Virus record (IMG/VR): IMGVR_UViG_3300037467_000655
Span: 1 to 47,491 of that record
Direction: 5' to 3' (one strand)
Length of the DNA stretch: 47,491 nucleotides
Source: a virus
Shown: in pieces, positions 25,875-32,703 of the stretch
How the letters are laid out: each line of letters begins with the position of its first letter
How positions within the stretch are numbered: position 1 is the first letter of the stretch
Notes under the pieces: model-generated
Databases searched by the model: none
What the model saw: the letters and a program-made list of their open reading frames with translations, nothing else
What the model was told of the DNA's origin: nothing
Translations under genes and position numbers: made by a program

Positions 25875-26570
25875 ATGACAGCGCTACCAGCAAAAACAAG
25901 CATCTCCGACACATACCCAAATCCTTCCAATGCAGTCGCTCGCGCTGGGTTCGCAACGCTTTGGGACGCCCTGAACGAGTTTACCGAAAAGTCAGAGATA
26001 GACCTCGCATCTGCCGCGACTTGCGAGATCGGGGCGCAGCTATCGACAAAGCTCAGGATCACCGGAACGACAGGGATAACAAGTTTCGGAACGACTTATC
26101 GCGGGCCAATCCTGCTCAGGTTTGCTGGTGCCGTGACATTGACGCACAACTCGACAACTTTGCTATGTCCAGGCAACGCAAATCTGATCACAGCAGCAGG
26201 AGATACGCTGATTGCATGGCCCAAGTCAACAACAAGCGGAACGGCAGATGGCTGGCAAGTGGTGCGCATAGGACACGGGCTGGGCATAGGCCAGGCTTGG
26301 CAGAACGTGGCGGCCAGTCGAGCTACTGGCACGACTTACACGAATAGTACAGGCCGACCGATACAGCTCGCCATAGCCGTGGCCATTAACACAGCCAGCG
26401 CCTGGATTAATCTCATCATCGACGGTAGTGCTGTCACGCGCTCGGCTGGCACCTATGCGATCGGAGCTGGAGTTGAGATTAACGGGGTAGTCATCCCGGC
26501 TGGCTCCGCCTACTCAGTCACGGTAAGCGCCGGGGTCGCAACTATTCAAAACTGGTTCGAGCTGAGGTAA
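25875..26570 (+). CDS. Tail fibre protein (second receptor-binding candidate)
   Basis: 231 aa. The C-terminal 'GIGQAWQNVAASRATGTTYTNSTGRPIQLAIAV' is a motif common in phage fibre tips. Confidence 0.6.
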   Translation: MTALPAKTSISDTYPNPSNAVARAGFATLWDALNEFTEKSEIDLASAATCEIGAQLSTKLRITGTTGITSFGTTYRGPILLRFAGAVTLTHNSTTLLCPGNANLITAAGDTLIAWPKSTTSGTADGWQVVRIGHGLGIGQAWQNVAASRATGTTYTNSTGRPIQLAIAVAINTASAWINLIIDGSAVTRSAGTYAIGAGVEINGVVIPAGSAYSVTVSAGVATIQNWFELR

Positions 26571-26572
26571 TC

Positions 26573-26941
26573 ATGGCATTTAAATATTACAAAGACGCAA
26601 ACAATAAAGTCTATGCATTTGAGGCAGACGGATCACAAGATGCTTATATCAAGCCCGGCCTGATCTCGATCACGAATGCGCAGGCCGACGCACTCCGCGC
26701 CACTCCCGTCGCCGCGCCGACAGTCATCTCCATGCGCCAAGCGCGGCTTGCGCTGCATCAGCGGGGTTATCTCAGTCAGGTCGAAACGCTCGTCTCAGGC
26801 ATGACGGAGGACGCGAAGATCACGTGGAACTATGCGACAGAGGTACGCAGAGAGCATCCGCTTGTTGCTGCTATCGCTGCCGCTCTCAATCTTACATCAC
26901 AACAACTCGACGATCTCTTCACCCTCGGGGCGTCGCTATGA
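26573..26941 (+). CDS. Tail fibre assembly/chaperone-like protein (DUF4376-like C-terminus)
   Basis: 122 aa. 'YAFEADGSQDAYIKPGLISIT', then 'QARLALHQRGYLSQVE...ITWNYATEVRREHPLV...LNLTSQQLDDLF'. Confidence 0.55.
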   Translation: MAFKYYKDANNKVYAFEADGSQDAYIKPGLISITNAQADALRATPVAAPTVISMRQARLALHQRGYLSQVETLVSGMTEDAKITWNYATEVRREHPLVAAIAAALNLTSQQLDDLFTLGASL

Positions 26942-26973
26942 CTGCCGGAATAACTTTTTACAGGAGAAAGAAA

Positions 26974-27096
26974 ATGTTTGAAGAGCAAATAGGAAAGGTT
27001 GAAGAGAAGGCCGATTCGTTTCTGGCTGCTTTGATCAAGTCCAAGTTGACTTGGGCTGCTCTAGCTGGCGTGTTTGTGCTGGCGGTGATTTTTTAG
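26974..27096 (+). CDS. Tail-anchored mini membrane protein (40 aa, below track cutoff)
   Basis: AGGAG lies 7 nt upstream. The product MFEEQIGKVEEKADSFLAALIKSKLTWAALAGVFVLAVIF has a C-terminal TM segment. Confidence 0.45.
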   Translation: MFEEQIGKVEEKADSFLAALIKSKLTWAALAGVFVLAVIF

Positions 27097-27105
27097 GGAC
27101 TGATC

Positions 27106-27273
27106 ATGCCTGAACTCAGCAGAGAGGAAAAAAAAGAGATCGTCAAAGAAGCGATCAACGAATGGCTTGATGCGAAATACGCTGAGTTCGGAAAGCGGAG
27201 TTTGCATGGCGTGGCTGCGGCTGCTTTTGGATACGCGGTTTATTTCCTGATTACGAACGGCTGGATCAAGTAA
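27106..27273 (+). CDS. Tail-anchored mini membrane protein (55 aa, below track cutoff)
   Basis: The product MPELSREEKKEIVKEAINEWLDAKYAEFGKRSLHGVAAAAFGYAVYFLITNGWIK has a C-terminal TM segment. Its stop overlaps the next ATG (TAATG). Confidence 0.45.
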   Translation: MPELSREEKKEIVKEAINEWLDAKYAEFGKRSLHGVAAAAFGYAVYFLITNGWIK

Positions 27274-27467
27274 TGGACGAGATAGACCGCGCATCGGAAG
27301 CAGAGGAGATGCACTTACTAGCGGCTCTCAGCAAGAGAGAGTTTGTGCCAGAGCATGACGGCCATTGCCTGAACTGTGGGAAAGAATCAGAGGGAGCTTA
27401 CTGTGACAGCGAATGCAGGGAAGATGCAGAACGATTCGACAGGGCAAGGGCAAGGGCGGGGCTGTAA
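27273..27467 (+). CDS. TraR/DksA-type C4 zinc-finger protein
   Basis: 64 aa. An acidic N-terminus 'DEIDRASEAEE' is followed by 'CLNCG...CDSEC'. Confidence 0.55.
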   Translation: MDEIDRASEAEEMHLLAALSKREFVPEHDGHCLNCGKESEGAYCDSECREDAERFDRARARAGL

Positions 27468-27540
27468 GCCAAGGAAGAAGTCACGGACGCTGAAGTTTAA
27501 CAAATGGACGGGATATGCAGCGGCTGCGGTGTCAGGAGTG

Positions 27541-27669
27541 ATGAGCTTGGGCGACGTGTTTGGATTCATGAAAACAGACTGGACTTGCGCTCTCCTGCTT
27601 GTCGCTGTCGCTGGAATCTGTGGGTACAACTACTGGTTGAGGTTACACACGTGCGAGCCGGTTAATTGA
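27541..27669 (+). CDS. Small membrane protein (start uncertain; track ORF 27376..27669)
   Basis: The hydrophobic core is 'TCALLLVAVAGICGYNYW'. The upstream part of the track ORF overlaps the TraR gene, and no clean SD exists for any start. Confidence 0.3.
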   Translation: MSLGDVFGFMKTDWTCALLLVAVAGICGYNYWLRLHTCEPVN

Positions 27670-28403
27670 AAGTCCTTTTGCTGGACACGGAAACAGCGCC
27701 TCATCTCGCTTGGGTTTGGGGCTTATGGCAGCAAAACGTAGCAGTTAACCAGATAGAGGAAGCGGGGCATGTGCTTTGCTGGGCGGCTAAGTGGCTCGGT
27801 GAGGATGTTCAGTTTGCCAGCATTCAGAACGGTAAACCGCTTCAAATGCTCGGCAAGATTCACAGGCTACTAGATCAAGCGGATGTGGTAGTCCACTACA
27901 ACGGCAAGAAGTTCGACATACCAACTCTGAACCGCGAGTTCATTACTCACGGAATGCTTCCTCCTAGTCCCTATAAACAGGTTGATTTACTCCAAACCGC
28001 ACGTTCTCAGTTCAGGTTCCCAAGCAACAAACTTGAGTACCTACTTAAAGCCCTGAAGATTGGGCAGAAGGTGCAAACAGGCGGCTTTGAACTGTGGCTC
28101 GGCTGCATGAAAGGGGATAAAGCGGCATGGGAAAAGATGCGGGAATACAACATAGGCGACGTAATAGAGATGGAGAAGCTCTATCTCAAACTCCTGCCGT
28201 GGATCAAGGGGCATCCTAACCCGGCTTTGTTCTCTGCCGACAAAGAGATGTGTCCTGCCTGTGGCAGCCATGAGTACCAGCATCGGGGCTATGCGCGGAC
28301 TGGCGCTTATATCTACAAGCGGTATCAGTGCAAAGGATGCGGCAAGTGGTTCCGAGGCACTAAGAGCGAGGGCGGAAGGCAGGTTCAGAATGTGGCTGCT
28401 TGA
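27666..28403 (+). CDS. DEDD (DnaQ/RNase H-fold) 3'-5' exonuclease fused to a C-terminal zinc ribbon
   Basis: 245 aa. Exo I 'LLDTETAP', Exo II 'HYNGKKFDIPTL', Exo III 'YNIGDV', then 'CPACG...CKGCG'. It has a TTG start. Confidence 0.7.
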   Translation: MKVLLLDTETAPHLAWVWGLWQQNVAVNQIEEAGHVLCWAAKWLGEDVQFASIQNGKPLQMLGKIHRLLDQADVVVHYNGKKFDIPTLNREFITHGMLPPSPYKQVDLLQTARSQFRFPSNKLEYLLKALKIGQKVQTGGFELWLGCMKGDKAAWEKMREYNIGDVIEMEKLYLKLLPWIKGHPNPALFSADKEMCPACGSHEYQHRGYARTGAYIYKRYQCKGCGKWFRGTKSEGGRQVQNVAA

Positions 28404-28548
28404 CCCAAAGATTTTCAACTACGTAATCATGCTCCTGTATGGCCTGAATATAGCTCGCTGGCTTATAGCGGGCAGCATGGCAGACGCAATGTACTGGACA
28501 GGGGCTTTATGGATAACCGCAACGGTGACATTTGGATATGACAGATAA
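28390..28548 (+). CDS. Small two-TM membrane protein (52 aa)
   Basis: ATG 28390. The product is MWLLDPKIFNYVIMLLYGLNIARWLIAGSMADAMYWTGALWITATVTFGYDR. The longer track version overlaps the exonuclease gene. Confidence 0.45.
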   Translation: MWLLDPKIFNYVIMLLYGLNIARWLIAGSMADAMYWTGALWITATVTFGYDR

Positions 28549-28858
28549 CACAAAAACTACCTATGCCGGGAAGCTTGCAGCAATAGAAACCACGCATCTT
28601 CCTCCTTCAATCAATATAAATCCATTTGATAGGACGCATGAGGCAAAAGCCGCGCTATCGACACAGGTAGGTGGCAACCACTACTCGAAGCTGAAGATTC
28701 AGCCGGTAGAGTTTATTCATGCAAACAACATCCCGTTTATCGAGGGCTGCATTATCAAGTACGCCACTCGCTGGAGGGATAAAGGCGGCATTAAAGACTT
28801 GGAGAAGATCAAGCACTTTGTTGACTTGCTGATCGAACTTGAGGGCAAAGCGAAATGA
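28532..28858 (+). CDS. DUF3310 (SaV-like) protein
   Basis: 108 aa. 'QVGGNHYSKLKIQPVEFIHANNIPFIEGCIIKYATRWRDKGGIKDLEKIKHFVDLLI'. Confidence 0.75.
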   Translation: MDMTDNTKTTYAGKLAAIETTHLPPSININPFDRTHEAKAALSTQVGGNHYSKLKIQPVEFIHANNIPFIEGCIIKYATRWRDKGGIKDLEKIKHFVDLLIELEGKAK

Positions 28859-29013
28859 AATGGCTCAAAGGCTGGCCCGTAACGTACATGGGCATTGCCT
28901 CCCTCTCCGCTGGCTCATGGATCAATGGCGGGGCAGATGCAGGGCTTATTACCTGTGGACTCTGCCTCATCGTAACTGGACTTATTCAACTGGCAAAAGC
29001 ATGCAACTTATAG
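28855..29013 (+). CDS. Small two-TM membrane protein (52 aa; holin/antiholin candidate)
   Basis: ATGA overlap with DUF3310. The product is MKWLKGWPVTYMGIASLSAGSWINGGADAGLITCGLCLIVTGLIQLAKACNL. Confidence 0.45.
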   Translation: MKWLKGWPVTYMGIASLSAGSWINGGADAGLITCGLCLIVTGLIQLAKACNL

Positions 29014-29237
29014 ACAACTGGAAAGAAGTATTAACTCAAGCATGGAGCGTCAAGACCGGCGCACTGGCTGCATTGTTTGCGGGACTGCAGCAGGCATTGC
29101 CGATGATCCAGCCTGGCTTGATGGGCCTGACCCTTGAGCAGTCAACGGCGATAGGCGGGGTATTCGGTGCGCTGGGCGTTCTGTTCGGTGCGCTCGTGCC
29201 TGTAGTGCGGATATTCGATCAGGGTTTGGCGAAGTGA
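29001..29237 (+). CDS. Holin candidate (78 aa, two hydrophobic helices)
   Basis: ATG 29001. 'TGALAALFAGLQQALP' and 'AIGGVFGALGVLFGALVPVV'. It lies immediately upstream of the endolysin and is coupled to it (GTGA). Confidence 0.55.
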   Translation: MQLIDNWKEVLTQAWSVKTGALAALFAGLQQALPMIQPGLMGLTLEQSTAIGGVFGALGVLFGALVPVVRIFDQGLAK

Positions 29238-29698
29238 GCGAGAAACGAAGAGCAGTAGCTTTTTTTGCATTATCAGCTTCGGCGTTTGTCGCCCTTGCCA
29301 TGAACGAGGGGTATCGAGACACGGCCTACATGCCGACGCCTAACGACGTTCCGACCATTGGATTCGGCACGACAGAAGGGGTCAAGCTCGGGCAAACAAT
29401 CACTGTTCCTGCCGCATTGGAACGCGCTCTCCGTGACGTATCAAAGTTTGAGGGCGCTCTGAAGCAGTGCGTCACAGTCCCGTTGACTCAGAACGAGTAC
29501 GACGCCTACGTTGATCTTGCTTACAACATCGGCTCAAGCGCTTTCTGCTCATCAAGTCTCGTAAGGAAATTGAACAATGGAGACTACGCCGGGGCCTGCG
29601 GAGAGATAAAACGCTGGAACAGGCAAGCCGGGAAGGTATTGCCCGGACTCACTAATCGCCGCGAGAAGGAATACAAGCAATGCATGGGAATCGCGTAA
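29234..29698 (+). CDS. SAR endolysin (GH24 lysozyme)
   Basis: 154 aa. After 'EKRR' the N-terminus carries the weakly hydrophobic 'AVAFFALSASAFVALAM'. It also has 'NEGY', 'PTIGFG', and 'LVRKLNNGDYAGACGEIKRWNRQAGKVLPGLTNRREKE', like P21 R and P22 gp19. Confidence 0.85.
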   Translation: MSEKRRAVAFFALSASAFVALAMNEGYRDTAYMPTPNDVPTIGFGTTEGVKLGQTITVPAALERALRDVSKFEGALKQCVTVPLTQNEYDAYVDLAYNIGSSAFCSSSLVRKLNNGDYAGACGEIKRWNRQAGKVLPGLTNRREKEYKQCMGIA

Positions 29699-29973
29699 CA
29701 CTCGAAGAGGCAAAAGGGCGCGTGCTGTACGTGCGCTGCCACGTCAGCGACCAAATACCCGGCAAGTATTCCAAGGGGTTTGATCTTGAGGAGACGGAGC
29801 CCGGTATATGGGAGGCCAAGATTGCCGAGGAATCAATGACTCAAGATCAGAGGAGGGACTTTCAAAGAGCCGTGTTAGCCCGAGGCGATATTTTCAAGAT
29901 CATCTGGACGCGCTACGAGGAAAACAGAACAAAGCGCAGGGAAACGATTTTTCAACCAAAGAAGGAGAAGTGA
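29680..29973 (+). CDS. Hypothetical protein (97 aa, charged)
   Basis: The ORF overlaps the endolysin 3' end by 19 nt. No motif recognised. Confidence 0.4.
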   Translation: MHGNRVTLEEAKGRVLYVRCHVSDQIPGKYSKGFDLEETEPGIWEAKIAEESMTQDQRRDFQRAVLARGDIFKIIWTRYEENRTKRRETIFQPKKEK

Positions 29974-29976
29974 AAA

Positions 29977-30153
29977 ATGGCACAAAACGTGAAGATCAGC
30001 ATGGAAGTAACCGAAGCGAACGGCGACAAGTTTTTCGACGCGACGGTGAATTACTACAACTGCTCGCCCGCTGATGTCGTGAAGATCGAGGACAAGCAGC
30101 TTGGTGTGGTTCAGTCGCTTCACGCTGAAGCTCAAGCCGCTGTTGCTGGCTAA
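29977..30153 (+). CDS. Hypothetical small protein (58 aa, below track cutoff)
   Basis: AAGGAG lies 8 nt upstream of ATG 29977. The product is MAQNVKISMEVTEANGDKFFDATVNYYNCSPADVVKIEDKQLGVVQSLHAEAQAAVAG. Confidence 0.45.
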   Translation: MAQNVKISMEVTEANGDKFFDATVNYYNCSPADVVKIEDKQLGVVQSLHAEAQAAVAG

Positions 30154-30161
30154 ACCGGAAT

Positions 30162-30180
30162 GGGCCAGAAATGGCCCTTT
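30162..30180 (+). other. GNRA-loop hairpin upstream of the protease gene
   Basis: GGGCCA-GAAA-TGGCCC followed by TTT. It overlaps the track's 30171 start, which favours ATG 30204. Confidence 0.5.
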
Positions 30181-30203
30181 CCAAAACAACAATAAGGATA
30201 AAA

Positions 30204-31925
30204 ATGCGTTTCCTGCTATTCGTGTTGATGTCCCTGATTCCGTCCATCAGCTATTCAGACAAGCCGGAGAGGTTTGCTCACGGGCGAGTTTTGTTCATGC
30301 CTCGGGGAGGTCTGCCAGCGCATGAGCTTCAAAAGATTATCAAGGCCAAGAAGATAGGCCAGAGTGATTTATACGTTGCCGAAGTAGAGCATGGCTCAGA
30401 AAAGTCAGTAGTGGCCCGGTTGTCTCACAATCCACATTTCAAGTTTGCTGAGTTGGATTTGATCATTGAGCCAGAAACAATCCCGAACGATCCATATTAT
30501 TTCAACGCATGGCACTTGCCCAAGATCGGCGCTGATGCTGCCTGGGATATGTCGCAAGGAGCGGGTGTGACCATCGCTATCCTTGATTCCGGCGCTGATC
30601 CTACTCATCCAGACTTATCAAGCCGATTAGTTCCGGGCTGGAATTTCTTCGACAACAACTCGAACACTGCCGATGTTCACGGACATGGCACGATAGTCGC
30701 TGGCACTGCCGCTGCGGCAAGCAATAATAGCGTTGGTGTGGCTGCTGTGTCCGGTCAATCCCGGATCCTGCCTATCCGCGTTACTGATCTGACTGGATCC
30801 GGATACACAAGCATGATAGCAAGCGGATTGATTTACGCAGCAGATCATGGGGCGAAGGTGGCAAATGTCAGCTTTGCAAACATGCCTTCAAGGTCTGCCG
30901 TAATTTCTGCCGCACAGTACATGAAGGACAAAGGCGGTCTGGTTGTCGTCGCAGCGGGGAATAGCGGGATTGACGAAGGCTTCACTCCTACAACGTCCCT
31001 GATTCCCGTCTCCGCTACAGACGGCAACGACATGAAAGCCTCATGGTCAAGCTATGGCAGCTACGTTGCTCTGTCTGCTCCTGGAGTTGGTATATGGAGC
31101 ACTGCGAACGGCAGCGGGTACGGCTCTTACTCAGGAACGTCAGTCGCAAGCCCCGTTGCTGCCGGAGTTGTTGCCCTAGTGTTTGCGGCGAATGCCTCTC
31201 TGAAGAATACCGATGTAGAGAAGCTGATTTACTCTACCGCTGTTGACCTTGGCGACATGGGCCGGGATATCTATTACGGCTATGGCCGGGTCAATGCGTA
31301 CGGGGCCGTATCTGCCGCAAGAACGGCAATATCCACTGTTGACACTCAAGCCCCATCGGTTTCTATCACGTCTCCTGCTGACGGCTCGACAGCCTCAGGG
31401 CTTGTTCCGGTCGATGTATCGGCTTCTGATAACGTCGGTGTGAGTAGGGTAGAACTACGAGCAAACGGCAATTCCGTTGCTATCGACTCATCGTCTCCCT
31501 TCGCTTTTACATGGGATTCAACTGGTTCTCCAAACGGCACAGCTAAGCTCGTTGCTTACGCCTATGACGCTGCTGGCAACTTTGCCGCATCCGCTCCTGT
31601 TTCCGTCAACGTTTCGAATACGGTCATTCTCAGGCAAAGCGACACAACGCCTCCGGTTATTAAGATCGTCAATCCCGTTGCGGGGAATGTCTCTGGAAAC
31701 GTTGCGATCAGCATAAGCGCAAGCGACGACAGCGGTGCGGCTGGAATCAAACTGTCTATTTACGTCGATGACGTCCTCAAGGCAAGCGGCGCAGGAAGCA
31801 CGCTAGGTTATAACTGGAACACGAAACCGAAGAATTTAAGCGGATTGCATACGGTGAAGGCTGTTGCAACGGACGCAACAGGGAATTCCTCCTCAACTTC
31901 GGTAACTGTCAACGTTGTTCGCTGA
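30204..31925 (+). CDS. Secreted subtilisin-family serine protease (peptidase S8) with I9-like propeptide and two C-terminal Ig-like domains
   Basis: The signal peptide is MRFLLFVLMSLIPSISYS. The catalytic triad motifs are 'AILDSGAD', 'HGHGTIVAGTAAA' and 'GTSVASPVAAGVVAL'. Two repeats of about 95 aa start 'DTQAPSVSITSP...' and 'DTTPPVIKIVNP...'. AAGGA lies 6 nt upstream of ATG 30204. Confidence 0.9.
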   Translation: MRFLLFVLMSLIPSISYSDKPERFAHGRVLFMPRGGLPAHELQKIIKAKKIGQSDLYVAEVEHGSEKSVVARLSHNPHFKFAELDLIIEPETIPNDPYYFNAWHLPKIGADAAWDMSQGAGVTIAILDSGADPTHPDLSSRLVPGWNFFDNNSNTADVHGHGTIVAGTAAAASNNSVGVAAVSGQSRILPIRVTDLTGSGYTSMIASGLIYAADHGAKVANVSFANMPSRSAVISAAQYMKDKGGLVVVAAGNSGIDEGFTPTTSLIPVSATDGNDMKASWSSYGSYVALSAPGVGIWSTANGSGYGSYSGTSVASPVAAGVVALVFAANASLKNTDVEKLIYSTAVDLGDMGRDIYYGYGRVNAYGAVSAARTAISTVDTQAPSVSITSPADGSTASGLVPVDVSASDNVGVSRVELRANGNSVAIDSSSPFAFTWDSTGSPNGTAKLVAYAYDAAGNFAASAPVSVNVSNTVILRQSDTTPPVIKIVNPVAGNVSGNVAISISASDDSGAAGIKLSIYVDDVLKASGAGSTLGYNWNTKPKNLSGLHTVKAVATDATGNSSSTSVTVNVVR

Positions 31926-31986
31926 TTGCCCAAAATCTGAGCGATTTAAAGGCTCTACAATCGATTATTTTTGTTGAGGTAATGCA

Positions 31987-32487
31987 ATGCCATTCCTGGC
32001 GGCTTTAAATCCAATACACTGGCTCCTGCTGGCGTTTGCGTTGATTTCTACTGTTTTAGGTGGGTTGTACTACTTCCAAGGCAAGGAGTTTGAGCTAGAG
32101 AAGGCCCGACACGCTGCTTTCGTTGCAGAAACCAAGGCAGTCGGGCTAGTTCAGGAACGGAAGGGCAAGGAACAGAAGGAAAAGGACGATCAACGCAAAA
32201 AGGAAGCTGACCATGAAATCACTCTCGCTCGTAACTCTATCGCTGCTTATGCTGACCGCTTGCGCCTCGCCGCAAAAAATACCCGTAGCGGCTTATTGTC
32301 CTCCAGCACCGGAAGTCCCGGAAGTTCTGAAGGAGCCTGTTTCGACAGAGCCCAGCTTATTGCAGCGCTGGGGGAATACTCTGAGGAGATGGGATCAATT
32401 AGACGAGAAGCTACGGAACTCGTTATTGAAGGCGCAAAAGGCGTAGCTGATCTGGACGGGGCTAAGGAGTGGGCTCATGGTGAATAG
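31987..32487 (+). CDS. Rz: i-spanin (Rz-like)
   Basis: 166 aa. It has an N-terminal TM segment 'IHWLLLAFALISTVLGGLYYF', a charged coiled-coil body, and an embedded lipoprotein ORF. Confidence 0.75.
   Translation: MPFLAALNPIHWLLLAFALISTVLGGLYYFQGKEFELEKARHAAFVAETKAVGLVQERKGKEQKEKDDQRKKEADHEITLARNSIAAYADRLRLAAKNTRSGLLSSSTGSPGSSEGACFDRAQLIAALGEYSEEMGSIRREATELVIEGAKGVADLDGAKEWAHGE
32213..32446 (+). CDS. Rz1: o-spanin (Rz1-like lipoprotein) embedded in Rz in the +1 frame
   Basis: 77 aa. The lipobox is 'LLMLTA-C', and the mature part is Pro-rich ('CPPAPEVPEV'). It lies entirely within 31987..32487. Confidence 0.75.
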   Translation: MKSLSLVTLSLLMLTACASPQKIPVAAYCPPAPEVPEVLKEPVSTEPSLLQRWGNTLRRWDQLDEKLRNSLLKAQKA

Positions 32488-32641
32488 CGGGTGCCGGTTC
32501 GATTCCTGGATGCGTCTTGGCTGCTGCTAGCGCGACTTGCCAAGCTGCGTTCCATATTTCTCTTCCTATGTATTTTTCCGAATTGCCTAGATAAGTATTA
32601 TGCAATTTCCACCAGCGTTCAAATTCTTCCTTGCAGTCCAT
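32462..32641 (-). CDS. Hypothetical small protein (59 aa, below track cutoff)
   Basis: AGAGGGA lies upstream of the ATG. The product is MDCKEEFERWWKLHNTYLGNSEKYIGREIWNAAWQVALAAAKTHPGIEPAPAIHHEPTP. It is convergent with Rz and overlaps its 3' end by 26 nt. Confidence 0.35.
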   Translation of the reverse strand: MDCKEEFERWWKLHNTYLGNSEKYIGREIWNAAWQVALAAAKTHPGIEPAPAIHHEPTP

Positions 32642-32703
32642 TTATCCCTCTGTCATTTATCCAAAAATCGTATAGTAAATATATAGCAATCAGGCCGCGG
32701 ACA

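Noticed and set aside
27376-27540. 5' part of track ORF 27376..27669, overlapping the TraR-like gene
   Set aside because: It lies out of frame inside a motif-supported gene, and its Gly/Gln/Arg-rich sequence looks spurious. Only the hydrophobic 3' part is kept, at low confidence.
28839-29000. Long version of the holin ORF (track 28839..29237), and long versions of 28261..28548, 9716..10180 and 42199..42849
   Set aside because: The upstream portions overlap better-supported genes or operator DNA and are basic or low-complexity. Internal starts that overlap upstream stops or carry SDs give compact, coupled genes.
32491-32520. A tRNA-like GGTTCGATTCC followed by 13 nt, next to the integrase 3' end, as an alternative attP core
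   Set aside because: The upstream bases cannot form the T-stem (GCCGG versus CCTGG) and no CCA follows. It lies within a plausible minus-strand ORF (codons P-G-I-E-P-A) and has no flanking repeat sites. The candidate at 33836-33863 fits tRNA geometry better. It is not fully excluded, and a BLAST against tRNA genes would settle it.
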